Part shown: piece after piece, positions 9,891 through 18,893 of the stretch | How the letters are laid out: each line of letters begins with the position of its first letter | Numbering within the stretch: the stretch's first letter is position 1 | Source of the DNA: Escherichia phage FEC14 | Length of the DNA: 64,000 bases | Sequence record: MG383452 | Strand: one strand, 5' to 3' | Position numbers and translations under genes: made by a program | Notes under the pieces: model-generated | The model's database searches: none | The model's input: the letters and a program-made list of their open reading frames with translations, nothing else | What the model was told of the DNA's origin: nothing

Positions 9891-10169
9891 TTACTGGCCG
9901 TTGGCAGCAGCTTTCAGACCTTCACCGACTTTGAATTTAACTACATTTTTCGCTTCGATCTGGATCTGTTGTCCGTTCAGCGGGTTGCGGCCAGTGCGCG
10001 CTTCCTGATGTTTAACTTCGAACGCGCCGAAGCCTACGAATTGGACAGATTGGCCAGCCGCGACTGCAGTTTTCACGCCATTGATAAAAGATGCAACGAT
10101 TTTCTCAGCTTCGCCTTTGGTCATACCCTGGGTTTGAGCGATGTGAGCGATAAAATCAGTACGGTTCAT
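9891..10169 (-). CDS. HU/IHF-family DNA-binding protein
   Basis: From internal Met (MNRTDFIAHIAQ...) aligns end to end with E. coli HU incl. FVGFGAFEV and RTGRNPLNG arm motif; track ORF has a 12-aa N-terminal extension judged spurious. Confidence 0.8.
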   Translation of the reverse strand: MNRTDFIAHIAQTQGMTKGEAEKIVASFINGVKTAVAAGQSVQFVGFGAFEVKHQEARTGRNPLNGQQIQIEAKNVVKFKVGEGLKAAANGQ

Positions 10170-10252
10170 TCGGATTACTCCAGTTAGTTGTTTACGATGT
10201 TTCACTACAAGAGGACTACAGCTTACCTAACAAATACTATTGAATAAAGCGT

Positions 10253-11047
10253 TTATTTGCCGACGTTTAGCATTTTACTTGAGCCTGAACCATCAACAAT
10301 CAGAGTACATTTCCCGCTGTTGGCGCAAGATTGCAACACCATGTTATATTCGTGTTGTAAATATTCAGGTGTCAGAGATGTCGTCAGTTTCTGATTCGCC
10401 CTGGCTTCTTGGTCTCGAATTTCAACGTTCTTTCTTGCTGTATCCAAACGTTTGTCGGCCATGACATTATCACGGATAGATTGCTCAATCGAAGGATCTG
10501 TCAGCGCCTTTTTGACCAACACGCGTGTGATTGTGAACATGCCAGGTGCAGCTGTTTCTAATTGCTGCTGGGTGCGTTCCTTGATCATCTTTTCTAACTC
10601 AGCCCGTTGGGTGTGAATTGTCATAGAATCCAAAGAGGAAACGGCGTCCATCGTTGAGGATGCTGCGGCGGTTTTAACCAGGTTGAATCCCACCGCTATC
10701 GTGCCGTCACCGAGTTCAGCGCTCTGACCTGCAAATTTGGTATGGAACCAAGGAACCTTCGCGACGTTCGGTGTGTAATAAACGTCCACATCCAGATCTT
10801 CCAAGGTCAGGTTGTCTTTGGCCTTTGGCGTCATTTTCGTCAGACTCACAACGGCTTCTTTGGTCGTGTAAACATCCACGCTTGAAACAAAGCTGGTGTA
10901 GATCCCCGCTGTTACAGGGTTCATGTCTACTTCACCCCATTGGGTGCGAACGCCGACATTACCTTCATCGATAACGCCACCACAACCAGAAAGTAGACTT
11001 GCAGCCAGAACCATAATTGCACCAAACACCAATTTCTTGAACATCAA
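10253..11047 (-). CDS. lipoprotein (264 aa), possible SPFH/band-7-like
   Basis: Signal peptide with lipobox LLSGC read in translation; downstream fold assignment is a guess. Confidence 0.55.
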   Translation of the reverse strand: MMFKKLVFGAIMVLAASLLSGCGGVIDEGNVGVRTQWGEVDMNPVTAGIYTSFVSSVDVYTTKEAVVSLTKMTPKAKDNLTLEDLDVDVYYTPNVAKVPWFHTKFAGQSAELGDGTIAVGFNLVKTAAASSTMDAVSSLDSMTIHTQRAELEKMIKERTQQQLETAAPGMFTITRVLVKKALTDPSIEQSIRDNVMADKRLDTARKNVEIRDQEARANQKLTTSLTPEYLQHEYNMVLQSCANSGKCTLIVDGSGSSKMLNVGK

Positions 11048-11262
11048 TGTACCCCTTCAAAAATGTAGATATATGCACCCAATGTGAGTGCAGTTATTGT
11101 AACCGAAGAAATCAGCAGTAGGAAAGTTACTCTCACCCGTTTGCGCCAACGTTTACTTCGGTAGATTTTAGTCTCTTTCAAGTATTTGAAAAAGAAAAAT
11201 AAAATGAATGTTGAAATTACGAATATGAACAGATAACGGATTAACCCGATCATATTTCCCAC
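11044..11262 (-). CDS. small membrane protein (72 aa, two predicted TM segments)
   Basis: Two hydrophobic stretches separated by a basic loop (KRWRKRVR); overlaps lipoprotein start. Confidence 0.4.
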   Translation of the reverse strand: MGNMIGLIRYLFIFVISTFILFFFFKYLKETKIYRSKRWRKRVRVTFLLLISSVTITALTLGAYIYIFEGVH

Positions 11263-11570
11263 CCTGTGCTACGCAGATGATCAAAATAATCGTTGAGTTC
11301 GTCAATATCTTCGATATCAACCCAACGATCATCCAGACCCATATCATTTAGATCTTCTTCAGTCAGATCATGTTGGTATATTTGAACGCCGGAAGCATTA
11401 CAATAATCCGGCTTGATGTTATTGTTATACTGAAACAGGTCGTAATCAGCCAGAGTATTCTTCAGGCGCTGCGCTTCTTCAAATGTTGGAACCTCAACAT
11501 GAAAAGCGATCCCAGGAACCTGGGGAATATGCCAAACGCGAAATTTAAGTTCAAACGGTTTATTCGACAT
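11250..11570 (-). CDS. hypothetical acidic protein (106 aa)
   Basis: Minus-strand ORF in co-oriented array. Confidence 0.4.
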   Translation of the reverse strand: MSNKPFELKFRVWHIPQVPGIAFHVEVPTFEEAQRLKNTLADYDLFQYNNNIKPDYCNASGVQIYQHDLTEEDLNDMGLDDRWVDIEDIDELNDYFDHLRSTGWEI

Positions 11571-11889
11571 GGGGTTCTCCCTGAGACAGTATGGTTTTCA
11601 TCTGTTCACGCGTGATAATTGTTTCAACAAGATTCTCGTCAATCATCATTTCGTTTAACAGTTCACAACCCAGCACGTGTGGTCGCGCCATATACGGCAT
11701 CGTGTTGAGTTTTTCTTCTATGTCAAGAACGCGCTTGACAGTCAGACCCATAGAAGAAAAGGGAACAGGATAAAAGAATGAAATGATCTGATTATCCATC
11801 CCGTTTGAAAATCTTACCAACAATACATCACACCATACGCCGGACATATTACACCTCCAGACGGTTACAATGAGAAAGCGCGTTATCAA
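11560..11889 (-). CDS. hypothetical protein (109 aa)
   Basis: Minus-strand ORF in co-oriented array. Confidence 0.35.
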   Translation of the reverse strand: MITRFLIVTVWRCNMSGVWCDVLLVRFSNGMDNQIISFFYPVPFSSMGLTVKRVLDIEEKLNTMPYMARPHVLGCELLNEMMIDENLVETIITREQMKTILSQGEPHVE

Positions 11890-12538
11890 TCTGTTCCCGA
11901 GACAGATATTCCAACGGGTTGCGAGAATACGCGTCTAACAGCAGCAGTTGGAGCACAGCGCGATTACGAGTTTCACTCTCCATCATGATACCGTTCATAT
12001 GTGGTGAACGGGCTGTCCATACAACATACTGACCTAAATCGTCGTTGGCAGTCAGGCTAATGCGAAACTGATTACACAATTTGTCGATTAACGCATAATC
12101 ATATGTGAACGTCCCTTCAGTTTTCCAGCTTGATTTCTTCACCTGAAGAGCTTCACCACGAGTTCTGAATTCTAACGTCACTCCATGAGTTTCATTGTCG
12201 AAATGAACAACTCTCTGAGTTTCATTTTTCAGAGTCCGGTTCATATTATGTACGAAGAAACGGGCGTCGATCTCCCTATTGCTCATGGAATTAAAATCGA
12301 TCGGCCAAAAACGAGCGCGCATAATCGCGCCTTCTGGCAATACAATTAGTCCATTTTCACGGGAGACATAGCAAAGACGTTTAACTGCAGGGTCAGGATG
12401 TTCCACACAATAAACGGAAATTCCAGTGGGAAGGATAGCGTGGGCGACAACACCAGATCTTTCAAAATATAAATTACCCTGGTCAGCCCCGATGATAATA
12501 CGGCTCTTGTTGTTCATAATACGGCTCTTGTTGTTCAT
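11849..12538 (-). CDS. hypothetical protein (229 aa) with duplicated N-terminus MNNKSRI-MNNKSRI
   Basis: ORF begins inside a perfect 21-bp tandem duplication that includes the ATG. Confidence 0.5.
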   Translation of the reverse strand: MNNKSRIMNNKSRIIIGADQGNLYFERSGVVAHAILPTGISVYCVEHPDPAVKRLCYVSRENGLIVLPEGAIMRARFWPIDFNSMSNREIDARFFVHNMNRTLKNETQRVVHFDNETHGVTLEFRTRGEALQVKKSSWKTEGTFTYDYALIDKLCNQFRISLTANDDLGQYVVWTARSPHMNGIMMESETRNRAVLQLLLLDAYSRNPLEYLSREQIDNALSHCNRLEV

Positions 12539-12541
12539 AAT
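12495..12541. repeat. perfect 21-bp tandem duplication (2 copies plus partial) spanning the start codon of the 11849..12538 gene
   Basis: ATAATACGGCTCTTGTTGTTC repeated head-to-tail, read directly. Confidence 0.7.
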
Positions 12542-12560
12542 ATAGATCTCTCAAATAAAA

Positions 12561-12581
12561 GGCGGTTTAATAATAACCGCC
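12561..12581 (-). terminator. hairpin GGCGGTT-loop-AACCGCC followed by U-run on minus strand
   Basis: 3' of the 12596..13390 ORF. Confidence 0.45.
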
Positions 12582-12595
12582 CTAATGTTATTGAA

Positions 12596-13390
12596 TTATT
12601 TTATATCACCGACATACATGTTCAAACTTTCATCCCATTCTAAACGAACACGAATAGTGCCAGAATCGTTTGGGAAAGACAATTTGTCGCACATATGACG
12701 ATTTGCATATGTTCCGCTCTTATTAACAGGATAATCTTTACCTTCACCGATTGCGAATCGTTTGAAGTTCCGACTCACCATCATATTGATGTTAGGCCAC
12801 TGCAATTGTTCCCGTAGGGTTTTGCACAATATAATCTTCCCATTAGACCGGAAAGACACGAATAAATCATTTGGTGAAGAAAATCGCCTTTCTTGCGGGC
12901 ATAATTGCCTGATTGAAATAAATTCAGATTCTTCTTTATTCTCAACTGGAGACTTCACGGGTTCTTCTTTTCGTTTTTCTGCATATTGCTCAACAGCCTT
13001 TTGGCTGACAGGCGGCAGATCAATAGAAGGGGAGATGACTGCGGGCTTAACGACTGGTGAAGTACGAGCAGCAACAAGTTTTTCCTGAGCTTCCAGAATT
13101 CTCTCTTGGCGAGATTTTGGTCGAGTATCAACCTTGGAGCTGAAATCACAAACCGTAACCCAATCACCCTGATCATTGCGCTTGGCAACCAGAGTCAGTT
13201 TATAGATGATGCCCTGCAGCTTGCTTTCGCGCATAGTGTCTGCGAACCAGAAAGCACAACCCTGCTCGAACTTTTCAGCGAAGATGACGCGTCCGTCTTC
13301 GTGAATCAGAATGACCTTTGCTTTGTTGGGCGCGAACATCTTATTCTTTTCAATGATCGATTCGGCGATCTTTTTGGTAATAATCATCAC
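12596..13390 (-). CDS. hypothetical protein (264 aa)
   Basis: Long minus-strand ORF; no motif recognised. Confidence 0.5.
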   Translation of the reverse strand: MMIITKKIAESIIEKNKMFAPNKAKVILIHEDGRVIFAEKFEQGCAFWFADTMRESKLQGIIYKLTLVAKRNDQGDWVTVCDFSSKVDTRPKSRQERILEAQEKLVAARTSPVVKPAVISPSIDLPPVSQKAVEQYAEKRKEEPVKSPVENKEESEFISIRQLCPQERRFSSPNDLFVSFRSNGKIILCKTLREQLQWPNINMMVSRNFKRFAIGEGKDYPVNKSGTYANRHMCDKLSFPNDSGTIRVRLEWDESLNMYVGDIK

Positions 13391-13437
13391 GAAGTATTTC
13401 CTTTCAGTTCAATGGAAGTTAAATTTTAACCTGAAAA

Positions 13438-13758
13438 TTATCTTTGATTTCCAACGAAATTAGTCGCTATTTCCCGACACATAGTCAGATCTTTGATCGT
13501 CTGTTTGCTATTGTCGGCAGCGGACTCCATCATTGGCAAATCCAAAGCATTCTCTATTTGATCCACGCTGTAGAGATCAAGGCGTTTCAACTCACCTTCA
13601 TAATCTGATAAAAGGATGGATGTATCTTTATCATCAGGGTGAAATTGTTGATAAGTAGACAACCAGGCCGCACACATATTCAATTTGCTAGCCGGAGTTG
13701 CCACAACTTGGAATGATGCCAACATAGAAAAGAATAACAAGAATATTATGTTTCTCAT
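13438..13758 (-). CDS. small secreted protein (106 aa, signal peptide)
   Basis: N-terminal MRNIIFLLFFSMLASFQVVA signal-like sequence. Confidence 0.5.
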   Translation of the reverse strand: MRNIIFLLFFSMLASFQVVATPASKLNMCAAWLSTYQQFHPDDKDTSILLSDYEGELKRLDLYSVDQIENALDLPMMESAADNSKQTIKDLTMCREIATNFVGNQR

Positions 13759-14444
13759 CTTTCGTTCTCCTTCATCATATTATCACAGTCAATTCTTGTT
13801 TGCTTGAGTTCACGGGCAAGCCTGGGATCATCAAGATTGACAGACAAATTAGTGGAAAGATCTTTCAAACCATTCTGAACACGGTCTTCATAATAATGAT
13901 CATTTTCCACCAGCCATGCTCTCAGGCCAAGGGCGCGAGTCCGCCATTCCTTTTTCAAACGTCGATCTGATTCTTGATCAGCACTGTATTCAAATACTCG
14001 GATACATTGGTTGCCATCATTGATGAGATCCAGCTGACGTCGGCCAACCTGCACACCTTTTTGTAATGCTGGAGAAGGAAGAGAACGGCACTGTCTTACG
14101 GTCATTCGTCCTTGTGTGCCCATACGACCAGTCATGATGAGATCGCCAGCCTCCATGCCTCCTCGATTAAATTCTTTGTCGTTCATATATCCTTTCAGGT
14201 TGAACGCGCCTTGCTTATATCGATTAAACTCAATACCAGCATTTACAACGGCATCTGTGACATTACCTGTGGCCCAGAGTTCAGCAAAGTTCTCTATGGA
14301 ACCAGTTTTGTCTATAGCGACGGCTTGGGAGAACCCAGCACAGTAGGAAAGATCAGACCACAGTTTTTCACCTGTGGAGTTCAGCTTGGCGGTGGCAGGA
14401 AGTGCCAGACCAGCCAGCACAACCCCGATGATTAAACGTTTCAT
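13755..14444 (-). CDS. secreted protein (about 229 aa from internal Met MKRLIIGVVLAGLALPATA)
   Basis: Signal peptide begins at internal Met preceded by GGAGA RBS; track ORF 13755..14609 has a 55-aa extension that overlaps the upstream gene. Confidence 0.5.
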   Translation of the reverse strand: MKRLIIGVVLAGLALPATAKLNSTGEKLWSDLSYCAGFSQAVAIDKTGSIENFAELWATGNVTDAVVNAGIEFNRYKQGAFNLKGYMNDKEFNRGGMEAGDLIMTGRMGTQGRMTVRQCRSLPSPALQKGVQVGRRQLDLINDGNQCIRVFEYSADQESDRRLKKEWRTRALGLRAWLVENDHYYEDRVQNGLKDLSTNLSVNLDDPRLARELKQTRIDCDNMMKENER

Positions 14445-14523
14445 GGTGATTCTCCTTATTTCATTGGATAAAATGATAGGGCTGTCACCATGTTGAGTAA
14501 AGGGTTTCAATAAACTATCGTAT

Positions 14524-14973
14524 TCAGAAACGGGTATCGCTGACCGTTCTGTATCGCACACCCTGAAACTGTTTAGCGAGTTTAACAAATTCCATCGCTG
14601 GCAAATCAACTTTGTAGACCTTCATGCGCTGTTTGCCGTCCATGTTCAACGCAGCGACAAATCGGTGAGACCCGTCAACAACGTAATTGTCAGAAGACAC
14701 CCAAACTCGACCCATGGGCTTCTTATTTCTGATCTGCTTCATAATCTTCCAGACCTTCATTTTATTGATTTCGTTCTGGGTAAGACGAAGCATTTTGATG
14801 GGCACTTGCGCAGCATCTATGGACACGCCGTTGTCTTCAAGATATTTGTGAAAATCTTCTTGTTTGTCGGCATCGATTTGCGGCATAGAAGAACGAGAAA
14901 GCCCGAGGTTCCCAACAGGAATCCTCAGGCCATTTATGATATTCATCCAGTCAATAAAGGATGTAAGGAACAT
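14524..14973 (-). CDS. hypothetical protein (149 aa)
   Basis: Minus-strand ORF. Confidence 0.45.
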   Translation of the reverse strand: MFLTSFIDWMNIINGLRIPVGNLGLSRSSMPQIDADKQEDFHKYLEDNGVSIDAAQVPIKMLRLTQNEINKMKVWKIMKQIRNKKPMGRVWVSSDNYVVDGSHRFVAALNMDGKQRMKVYKVDLPAMEFVKLAKQFQGVRYRTVSDTRF

Positions 14974-15010
14974 GACACACCTCGGGATATAGGGTTATCC
15001 CTTAGTTAGT

Positions 15011-15289
15011 TCATTCGGACTTAAACAGCAATTCGCGAACAGAAGTCCCAACGATATTTTGGGCGTTCAACAAACGAGTTAAATCATCCATGTCGTATGC
15101 TGAATTGGTGACATGGCCCAAGATAATCGCCAACATTCCCTCCAGCGCTCTCCGATTGTTATTCTCTTCAATGTCAAACTTAATTTCAACAAATCGAGAT
15201 AGCATTCTGGATTGAGCATGAGTTTCGTTGGTTTTGCTCTGTATAATATCTTTGATTTCCGAACGAGCAATACTTCTTTGATCTGTCAT
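15011..15289 (-). CDS. hypothetical protein (92 aa), MTDQ N-terminus
   Basis: ORF preceded by conserved GAAGGAA RBS cassette shared with the next gene. Confidence 0.45.
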   Translation of the reverse strand: MTDQRSIARSEIKDIIQSKTNETHAQSRMLSRFVEIKFDIEENNNRRALEGMLAIILGHVTNSAYDMDDLTRLLNAQNIVGTSVRELLFKSE

Positions 15290-15312
15290 GATATAGTTCC
15301 TTCATTTCAAAT

Positions 15313-15334
15313 GGGCGGGGCAAAGATACCCCGC
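15313..15334 (-). terminator. hairpin GGCGGGG-loop-CCCCGCC within a repeated 5'UTR cassette
   Basis: Inverted repeat between the 15342..15848 and 15011..15289 genes; near-identical copy near 15862. Confidence 0.4.
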
Positions 15335-15341
15335 CGTGGGT

Positions 15342-15848
15342 TTATAGGGTAACAAGTGATACGGTAAAAACCATCGTCCCATCTGTTGCCATTTTTCTTG
15401 AAACTGGGAAGACGCGAGGCTGACAGAATATCCATTCTTTCTCCATGGACGCCAAGTCCAGCATATCCATTTCTGATTCATCGCCTTTGTTCACAAATTT
15501 TTCTAGAGAACCAAAGACATTAAGCCCCTCTGGGAGTCCGTTTCGATGTTTATAACAAATGCGGGCAACAGCTTTGGTTCCATACGATTTAGAAAATTGT
15601 TTGGCCACATGCTTCAGTTCGCTGAAACTAAGACAAGAATCCCATGTCTGAAACATGTCTCCTCGTTCAAACATCATCTCCAAACGCGCAACGTCCTCTT
15701 TAGGCAACCCGCGATAAAGTGTGGTCATCTGCGGTTCGCGTAATTCTTGCACCAGACCACGGATGGCAGGGGAAACAGTGCCAGGGCGCATGATGTGGGA
15801 CTTATCATGGACGAGGTAAAATAAATCTTGAATTTGTTGATCGGTCAT
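15342..15848 (-). CDS. hypothetical protein (168 aa), MTDQ N-terminus
   Basis: Minus-strand ORF with the same upstream cassette as 15011..15289. Confidence 0.5.
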   Translation of the reverse strand: MTDQQIQDLFYLVHDKSHIMRPGTVSPAIRGLVQELREPQMTTLYRGLPKEDVARLEMMFERGDMFQTWDSCLSFSELKHVAKQFSKSYGTKAVARICYKHRNGLPEGLNVFGSLEKFVNKGDESEMDMLDLASMEKEWIFCQPRVFPVSRKMATDGTMVFTVSLVTL

Positions 15849-15861
15849 GATGTATTTCCTT

Positions 15862-15884
15862 CATTTCAAATAGGCGGGGTAATC
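15862..15884 (-). terminator. hairpin GGCGGGG-loop-CCCCACC, second copy of the repeated cassette
   Basis: Inverted repeat 3' of the 15908..16147 ORF. Confidence 0.4.
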
Positions 15885-15907
15885 ATACCCCACCCTAAGT
15901 TATAGAA

Positions 15908-16147
15908 TTAACTGATGTGCTTCAGAAGAGCGAAGAGGATCGCGGCCTTGGCTTTCACCTTTCCGACGACGCCTGTTTCGACGTCGACTTCTTCGGCAAC
16001 CCAATCTTTTCCCTTCTTGCTGATGATAACATCGCGGCGCTGGGCATATACTTCTTTGGTCGCATACACACGACGGAACCCTTTAGCGCGGAGCAAGCCC
16101 CAATTACGATCAATCTCCACTGAAGTTTCTACCATTTTGTTCTTCAT
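15908..16147 (-). CDS. hypothetical protein (79 aa)
   Basis: Minus-strand ORF. Confidence 0.4.
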   Translation of the reverse strand: MKNKMVETSVEIDRNWGLLRAKGFRRVYATKEVYAQRRDVIISKKGKDWVAEEVDVETGVVGKVKAKAAILFALLKHIS

Positions 16148-16237
16148 GATATAATCTTACCTTTCAACCTGGTGAACCCATCGTTCGCCAGTTATTGAAT
16201 AATACGCATTTGCCTTATAGAAGTAAACCCCTAAAAG

Positions 16238-16263
16238 TAAAAATCCCCAACGTTTGTTGGGGA
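16238..16263 (-). terminator. hairpin ATCCCCAAC-loop-GTTGGGGAT followed by TTTTTACTTTT on the minus strand
   Basis: Strong inverted repeat plus U-run directly 3' of the ACP-like gene. Confidence 0.55.
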
Positions 16264-16270
16264 TCTTCAG

Positions 16271-16603
16271 TTACTTGCGCAGGGCAACCACGTATTCGGC
16301 AAGTTCACCCATGGTCGGGTCGTCGCCTTTACCGCCCAGCCAGCCATCAGAGATCTCGACATTGAACTCTTCTTCTAGTTCCATGACGATTTCGATGGCA
16401 TCAAGATCGTCGCCGCCGAGGTCTTTCTTGGTGCGGAGGCCAGCCAGTTTATCCAGGGCGTCATTCATAATCACTTCCGCGTCGACGATGCCTTTGATGC
16501 TGCTCTTGTCTTCGTCACTGACTTCCAGGTTCAGATTGTCAGTGGCGTACTGAGCCAGGTGACGCATTACTTCAACATAAGTTGGTTTGTTTGACATAAG
16601 CAT
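16271..16603 (-). CDS. acyl-carrier-protein-like protein with Asp in place of the phosphopantetheine-attachment Ser
   Basis: DLGGDDLDAIEIVMELEEEFNVEISD aligns with E. coli ACP [26 protein letters not shown]; the conserved Ser is Asp here. Confidence 0.6.
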   Translation of the reverse strand: MLMSNKPTYVEVMRHLAQYATDNLNLEVSDEDKSSIKGIVDAEVIMNDALDKLAGLRTKKDLGGDDLDAIEIVMELEEEFNVEISDGWLGGKGDDPTMGELAEYVVALRK

Positions 16604-16606
16604 ATC

Positions 16607-16626
16607 TCAAAATGAAGGCGGGTTTC
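16607..16626 (-). terminator. hairpin GGCGGG-loop-CCCGCC 3' of the vWA gene
   Basis: Inverted repeat between the vWA stop and the ACP-like start. Confidence 0.4.
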
Positions 16627-16640
16627 CCCGCCAGTTGAAT

Positions 16641-18893
16641 TTAGATTTTGACTTCTTTTTCAGCCAGTTCGGCAGTGACAGTGTATTTCACCCCATCAAC
16701 TTCCACATCCATAGTGGATTCTTCCAAATCCAGGTCGGTAAACCAACCATGGCCTGCAACAATCCCATAAACTACCTTGGACAGCGTTTTGTTCAGAGAT
16801 CGAACTTCGTTGATAGCTGCTTTTGCTGCATCACCAATCCAACTTTCGATCAGCTTTTTCTGAGTCTCTTCCGGTACGCTGGTGATCATCGGCGATTTAA
16901 CAAACGCATTGTATTCGGCCAGGGCATTAGCGATCAGCTGATCAGCGACATTCAGTTTTTTACCGTCCGTCTGTTTTTTGATAACAGACGCGATGCTCGG
17001 CAGTGAAGATGCGCCTTTGATTTTCACATTCAATTCACGACTCATATAGACATCGGTTGATTCTACAGAAGAAGTCTTCGGTGAAAATCCATAGTCGCGA
17101 ATGCCGTTTGCTGACAGGAAATCAGCCGCTTCTTTGCCATATTTTGAAGCCAGACCAGTAGCGTTGCCTTTGCCAACCAGTTCATCACGGTAGAATTTCA
17201 GAACTTTTTGCTTTGCCTTCAATGCTTCACGGCGCACATTGTCTGCAAAGAATTCAGCAGCACTGATATTCTTTGTCATGGCGCGGTTAACCATTGGGAC
17301 ACTTTCCAGATTTACAATGAAGACTTCCGGCCCACCAAACACATGAACACCCATGGCAGTCAAATCCTGTGCCACCTTAGCCCGAATAATCGGAGAATCT
17401 GCAGTGATAGGCATTGTTTTCAGGTTGATGATACCATCCTTGACAATGGTGTAATTGCGATAACGCCAGGTTCCCAGCTCTTCAGGAAGTTCATATTTCT
17501 TCTGTACAAACTCAGGCACAACAACCGTTCCGTGTTGAACTGTCTGCACACTGATGTTAGGACGTTCTGAATTGTAGACCAAATTGCTGATCGGGACAAT
17601 CCCTTTATCATCTGCTGGATTGAATTCGGGGGTCCAATCTTCGTGCTCGGCCAGTTTGAGCGCCAGGGCTTTACGCTCTTCTTTAGAAGTCGCATTCGCA
17701 ATCTCTTCGGCCAACTTGTCTTCGGTGTCATCAACTTTCTGTACAGTACCGCGCCCAATGCTCTTGTAAGAGAATAGCGGATGCTTAGTGACAATAGAGA
17801 CATCTGCTTCAGCCAGATACGTCAGAACATCAACAATGGTGGTGGCGTCTTCAGCCGGAACCATATTATAATCGATGCCATCAACTCCTCGCAGAGATTC
17901 GTCTACGATAGCCTGGGTCAGATCGACTTTGATGTTGGAATAGTCCTGCTTGGTGAAACAGTTGCTGTATTGTTTGATGAAGCGGACGTCACCCGTTTTC
18001 TTCAGCGCAGCCCAAACCAAATCTGCGTCCATGGTATACACGCCGTAAAATGCCAGCACGTATGCCGCTTGGATGTCTGCCAGATTATCCAGCTGGTCGA
18101 TCATGTTGGGGTTTACAACCCACAGCTGAGAAACGCTTTCAGGGATGCTGACGTGGCCAATAGGGTGCTCTTCATCAGGATGCACAGCTAAAACAGTCGC
18201 CACGCCATTTTCAACATAAATGGCATGGGTGTAAACCAGGGGAACATCGACCACCACTTTCGGTGAAGAAGTTTTTAGCACGTTTTCCAATTCGGTCTGA
18301 TATTCATTCTGGCCTTCGGCGAATACGTGGGTCGCACCAGAACGTTCTGCCATTAGCGCCAGCAGTTCGCGATTACAATACCAACCGTATTCGATGAAGG
18401 TAATGTTATCAAACGCTTTGGGCAGTACTTCAGCGGCATCCAGGATTTCATTAGAACGCCAGCAGTTGTCATATCCGTCAGTCATGAATGCCAGGTTATT
18501 AACATAACCAGGTTTATTCAGGCTAATGGCAGTTTCCGCAGCCAATTTCAGCGGCTCAACAAAACCAGTACAACCAGAAGGCTTCAGGAAACGGTCAATT
18601 AGATTATTGATCTCAGTGAGATCAGTTGCACTGTTAATCTGACGTCCGGCAAATACCGTTCCGAAATCACCGCGAGATGAAAAGTAAAGGATGCTCACAG
18701 TATCTTCCGGTTTCACCAGGGAAGGCAGGTTCTCCTTCAGATGCTTACGGACTTCTGGAAGTGAACGATACATGGAACCGGAGATATCCACAACGATTAC
18801 ATGGTTAGACGGCGCGACGGTCGCAACCGCATTCTTAAATGTTAATGATTCAATCATCGTTATTACCTTCTTTAGTGGTATGGACGGCTTCAC
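16641..18893 (-). CDS. von Willebrand factor A (vWA) domain protein (about 740 aa)
   Basis: N-terminal MIDAS-type motif VIVVDISGSM plus downstream Thr/Asp positions typical of vWA; likely true start at MIESL (about 18857), coupled to an upstream small ORF. Confidence 0.65.
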   Translation of the reverse strand: MKPSIPLKKVITMIESLTFKNAVATVAPSNHVIVVDISGSMYRSLPEVRKHLKENLPSLVKPEDTVSILYFSSRGDFGTVFAGRQINSATDLTEINNLIDRFLKPSGCTGFVEPLKLAAETAISLNKPGYVNNLAFMTDGYDNCWRSNEILDAAEVLPKAFDNITFIEYGWYCNRELLALMAERSGATHVFAEGQNEYQTELENVLKTSSPKVVVDVPLVYTHAIYVENGVATVLAVHPDEEHPIGHVSIPESVSQLWVVNPNMIDQLDNLADIQAAYVLAFYGVYTMDADLVWAALKKTGDVRFIKQYSNCFTKQDYSNIKVDLTQAIVDESLRGVDGIDYNMVPAEDATTIVDVLTYLAEADVSIVTKHPLFSYKSIGRGTVQKVDDTEDKLAEEIANATSKEERKALALKLAEHEDWTPEFNPADDKGIVPISNLVYNSERPNISVQTVQHGTVVVPEFVQKKYELPEELGTWRYRNYTIVKDGIINLKTMPITADSPIIRAKVAQDLTAMGVHVFGGPEVFIVNLESVPMVNRAMTKNISAAEFFADNVRREALKAKQKVLKFYRDELVGKGNATGLASKYGKEAADFLSANGIRDYGFSPKTSSVESTDVYMSRELNVKIKGASSLPSIASVIKKQTDGKKLNVADQLIANALAEYNAFVKSPMITSVPEETQKKLIESWIGDAAKAAINEVRSLNKTLSKVVYGIVAGHGWFTDLDLEESTMDVEVDGVKYTVTAELAEKEVKI

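Noticed and set aside
9891-10205. 12-aa N-terminal extension of the HU-like ORF
   Set aside because: HU proteins begin at the MNRTDF-type methionine; the extension has no counterpart in HU homologues
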